Origin: Podospora anserina
Taxonomy: Eukaryota
DNA: 64,000 nt
Assembly (NCBI GenBank): GCA_017654855.1
Contig: CM030334.1
Location: 3,410,001-3,474,000 of the forward strand
Direction: 5' to 3'
The translations under genes were made by a program, and so were the position numbers. Each line of letters begins with the position of its first letter. Within the stretch, counting starts at the first letter, position 1. Positions 59,844 through 64,000 of the stretch are shown here, piece after piece. The notes beneath the pieces are model-generated. The model was not told the DNA's origin, searched no databases, and saw nothing but the letters and a program-made list of their open reading frames with translations.

Positions 59844-61300
59844 CTACCAACTATCCTCCCCCCCATCCCCCTCCTCCCAATCCCTCTCTAACCTCCACGC
59901 ATCCCCACTCTCGATCCCCTCCATCAACGCAATATCACACCCCCTATGCCCCCACTTCTCCGCAAACACCTTCCTCCCCAACTCAATCGTCATCTGCGTC
60001 CCCACCTCAAACCCAACCGCGTCCCGATAGAACGGCTCGTCTTGCCCCCCCCTCTGCCTCAGCTGCCAGGTATTCCTCCCCGAGTTGTCGTTACTATGGT
60101 TGTACTTTACATCCTGCATCACCTCCCCCAGCTCAACCGGATCCTCATACACCGTCCCGTTGAAACTCGCTTGGTAACCCGGTAGTGACAGTAGCGCAGC
60201 AAAGTCATCAACCACTGTCTTGACGTCAAAGATGCGCCCTACATCGGGCGACTCCCCTTGCCAGAAACCAGCCCACATCAGGCGGGTGTACATGTCGCAG
60301 TCGGTGGAGTAAAAGGGGATTTGGGTGTCCCAGCCGCCGGTGGACAAGACAGAGGCAGTGTTGACGAGGGTCAAATGGTCGTAGGCGAAGAAGTGATGAG
60401 CCCACCTGGGAGCGGCGGGGGTTTTGAGGTACTGCATGACCGACAAAACGTTGGAGTAGAGAGTGGATGAAGGGTCACCGGGTGGCGAAAAGACGAGGAG
60501 GTCTTGATGGGACCAGAAGAAGTAGTCCCAGTTGCGGTTGAGGGCCGTCCTTGGGGGGTGGTTAGTCTCCGTGAGGAGAGGGAGGAAAAGGGGGGCATAC
60601 CAGAGGTAAAAGTTTTGGAGTTGGGCAAAGGTCAACAGGGTGGGTGTCTTTTTTTTTTTGGTTTTTGCTGTTTAGTATACCTCCCATTCTACGCAATCAA
60701 AAGAAAAGACAGGAAACTGACAATGATGACATTCACCCCCAACATCCCCAGCTGGGTATGATTCAAGTAAAACGGATTCTGCAACGTCAACCGCCCCTGC
60801 CTATTGCTAAACATGGTCCCGGTGTTTTCCACAACATAAATGCTGCTCGGTGGCCACCCTGCAGCGATGTAGCTCGTGACGCATTGCAACAACAGAGGCC
60901 AGTTCCGGGTGAACCCTATCAAGAGCGGCGCCTCCTCTTTCGATTGCCCTCTCGGCGGTTTGGGGACATGCTGCAACAGCAACTTCCTCGGCGGAGCCGG
61001 GTATTCAGACAGCAAAGGGAACGGATCCGGTATGGGTGGTGACTCTTCAAGCTCAGGTTTGTACGGTGGCTTCGGGATTGGTGGTGCGTCGGGATCTGAC
61101 CAGGTAAAAAACGAGGATTCAAGTGACGCGAGCGGGACTTGTTGGCGTTCTTCTATTGGCGGGGTTGTTCGTCGTGATGATTGTTGATCCGGCCAGAGGA
61201 TGTCAAAGTTTAGGGGAAACTTGTGGTGGTTGAGGAAGGAGTAGGTGAACAGAACGCAAGAGACGGCAAAGAGGAGACGGTACCGGGAGCGGGAGGTCAT
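59844..61300 (-). CDS. Putative type II membrane glycosyltransferase-like protein; introns 60648-60721 and 60550-60600
   Basis: N-terminal anchor, Pro-rich stem, PLLIGFTRNWPLLLQC, VVENTG, YFFWSHQD, GGWDTQIPFYSTDCD (GT-A-like). Confidence 0.7.
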
Positions 61301-63071
61301 GGCTTTTTCGGCGGTAGTGGTGCCACAGGATCTACAAAGGGAAGGCACGAGGGGACATGATGGAGGCAGGTGGGGTTGGGGAGAGATAACATCCAGTGGG
61401 TGATGTGTGATGAGGCAAGCGGTGAGCAAAAGATGATTACTGATGGCTTGTCACATCACCAAGGCAACATTACATTTGTTATCGTGATTTGAGATCCATC
61501 TCAGCTAATCCAACGGTGGCCACATTTCCCATCAACAACTGGTGGAAATATCCCCCTTGGAAACCGTGGATCTAGCCCGGCAGTTTGCCTGTGTTGTTAT
61601 AGTGCTGAATTAGTCTGAAACCCTGGTACACCCACGAGGTTACCTCGTTTCCTTCCTGGGTGGAAGTCTAGGCTCCGTGGCCTGGCCCGGGAAATCGGGA
61701 CGGGACGAGCTCGCTTTAAGATGGGGGCGAGTGGTCGATCGTGAGATGGAGCTAGTCGAGAACGGTGGGAGGGACGACGCTGGACGCGTAAGCTGTTCAG
61801 CGTTGGCTCAAAACCCAGCACTGTGTTATTTAGAGAATGGATTTGCCCCAGCTTCATCACTGTTTACATGTTGACGGCCACTCCAAGAGGAGGAGGATAC
61901 ACCTTCAATCTTGTGGTCACTACCTACCTACCCAAAGACCCTTCCCCCGGATCTCCAGATGCTCAACCATCACTGCACCTTGCCTTTTTCTTTTACCAAC
62001 TAGAAACAGAATCCATCCCCCACCACGGAACTCCCTCCGCCAACCGTCCCATTCGCTTCACCTTTCTATATCACCCGCCAAAAATGCACTTCCCCTCCAA
62101 GCCTTCCCCCACAACCCGCGAAAAAGCTTATCTCAACCGACCATAGTCCAGACCAGGTTGCATCCAACCCCAGCCGGCACTTCAGACTTTAGCCGGTTCT
62201 CGTCCGGCTCGACATTTTAGCTCCCCTCACCAAAGAGACCAGTTTTCCCCCCGGTTTATATAGATAGGATAAATAGAGTGTCTGTGCGACACACGTCTTT
62301 TGATCAATGTCTGTGAACTCAACGTGAATCGCTCCTCTTCTTCCAACAACTCATCGCCAGTCAAACCTACACACCACCACCACCACTGTGTACACATGTA
62401 AAACATAAAGGACAACATAAATATACACAAAATACATGGTGCTTCCTCCCTTCCCTTCATCTCCCACCTCACTCGCTTTCTTTTTGCGGTATACACAACT
62501 AGTAATGCAACAAAAATACAACACATGCAGAAAAAAGAAAAATTGGAAACGAACGAAAAGTAACAGGAACAGGAAATAAACAAGATTCTACTCATCTTGT
62601 CAACAGTTGTTGCCACGCACAACAACAAGAATGCTATCCAGAACACCATTCTTTCCCTTTCCCTTCCCCTCCCTCCTTCCCTTCCTCCTATTTACAAAAA
62701 AGTTCCCAATACAACAGCAATAATAAATCTGTAGAATGAAAAAACAAACAAGAACAAGAAAAAAAAAAGCACTGGTATATGCCTCCCCCAATCTCGCAAT
62801 AATCCAAACAAAACCCCTCCTCCACAAACCACACAATAAAAAGAAAGCGTGGTAGTGTCTGTACAAAAAAGAAATAATTGACCTTGAAAAAGAAAATCCA
62901 CAAAAGAAACGAAAAAAAAAAAAAAAGGGTCCTTGTCAAACGAAGAATCAAGCACACCACCACCCCTTTTATCTTTCCTGCAATGCTTGCTCATACCCAC
63001 CCCCTCCTCTGCATCATCAGATGATCCTCCTTCACAGCAACGTCCCCCAAAGCCAGAACCCGACAGGCAGC

Positions 63072-64000
63072 CTACTCCTCATCAACGCCCCCCAGCCCCA
63101 CCACTCCCGCCTGCTGCTTGGCATTATCCTTACTACTCTTCTTCCCCAGCCTCAGCAAGCTCAGCCGCTTCCTCACGCTCCCGCCCGTAGTACTGCTGCT
63201 ATTAGTGCTCTCCCTAGGCGTCTTTTCGCCGTTGCCATGCGGGGATTCAACCGCCGTAGCGGTACCACTCAGGCCGCCCATGAAGCTGCCCCCAGCCGAG
63301 TCCGTCACCCAGTCGTTATTGGTTGTCGTCGTCGCGGTGGTGAGATGGCTGCCCCCCGTGATACCACCTGGTGAGATGGAGAAGCCGGCCCCGTCCATGC
63401 CGTTGGTCTGGACCGTAAGACTAGGCCGGGCGTCGTTTGAGGCTGAAGTTTGGGTGCGGAAGCCCGAGATGAAGCTGCGGCGGTTTTCCTTGGTGCTGGC
63501 GGCGCTGTCTTTGGGCGAGTCCTCTTGCACGTCACCGTTGATGGTGGGTAATGGTGGGGAGCCATCCTTGGAAAGCTCCTTCTTGCGGCCACCGAGGAAG
63601 CTTAGGCGGGCGCCGCGGCCTTGGCGGATCGATACCGGTCTGATGACGGCAGCCTCTTCTACTCCGGTGATAGCAGACATGCCGCTGATCGAGGGCTTGG
63701 AAAGGTGAGGGATACCGCCGACAGTCGACGGAGGGGAGCGCGGCCATGTTGGTGAGGGCGTAGTGCTTGCCTCACGAACAGGCGGGGCAGCTGGCGTGAA
63801 CAGTGCGATCTCTGTGGCATATGTCGTCTCAAAGTCTGCAGCAACAAATATCGTCAGCATGTATCTCCCAACAGTCAGTCGAAGGAAGGGAAGAACTTAC
63901 ACTTTTGAAGATCCTCAACATGTCGCGTGAGAACCTCAACACCAGTCTTTGAGAGAGTGGCCAAGCACCTCTTGAGCAAGATAGCATGATCAACCAACGC
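63072..64000 (-). CDS. 3' end of a gene entering from outside the window, probably DOCK-family GEF (end of DHR-2); intron 63836-63900
   Basis: Spliced ALVDHAILLKRCLATL...LQKYFETTYATEIALF followed by a disordered tail (RLSFL, RKRLSLL). Family assignment is from recollection of fungal DOCK C-termini. Confidence 0.55.

Noticed and set aside
62227-63000. Hydrophobic Phe-rich minus-strand ORFs
   Set aside because: Products of T-rich low-complexity 3' UTR of the terminal gene.
1-64000. CRISPR arrays, rRNA, tRNA or intact transposons
   Set aside because: None recognised by eye; the repeats are short tandem units without spacers. tRNAscan-SE/Infernal would be needed to exclude small RNAs.

Overview
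Fungal (Sordariomycete, probably Sordariales/Podospora-like; inferred from gene content and short GT-AG introns with CTRAC branch sites) genomic DNA. The right half is gene-dense: CE1 acetyl xylan esterase, an ankyrin gene with an apparent frameshift, a Cys-rich pseudogene, SDA1, a bZIP factor, a head-to-head pair of HET-domain genes, a tyrosinase-like protein, an intracellular GH13 alpha-amylase, a conserved membrane protein, a putative glycosyltransferase and the 3' end of a probable DOCK-family GEF. The left ~22 kb starts with a HET-domain gene and then looks nearly empty in the ORF track. Manual splicing there reveals a co-oriented cluster of four (possibly five) small, highly diverged genes (74-136 aa). 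The four core genes each have a phase-2 intron near the start codon and a two-block motif (L-x-x-[FY]-[LI] ... Y-x-x-[KR]-A-x(3-5)-F-[DEN]-x-x-F close to the C-terminus). This cluster is the best candidate for an undescribed system. An F-box pseudogene interrupts it, and an unusual GDPD/PLC-like phosphodiesterase-ankyrin fusion follows it. All calls come from reading the sequence; no database searches were run.
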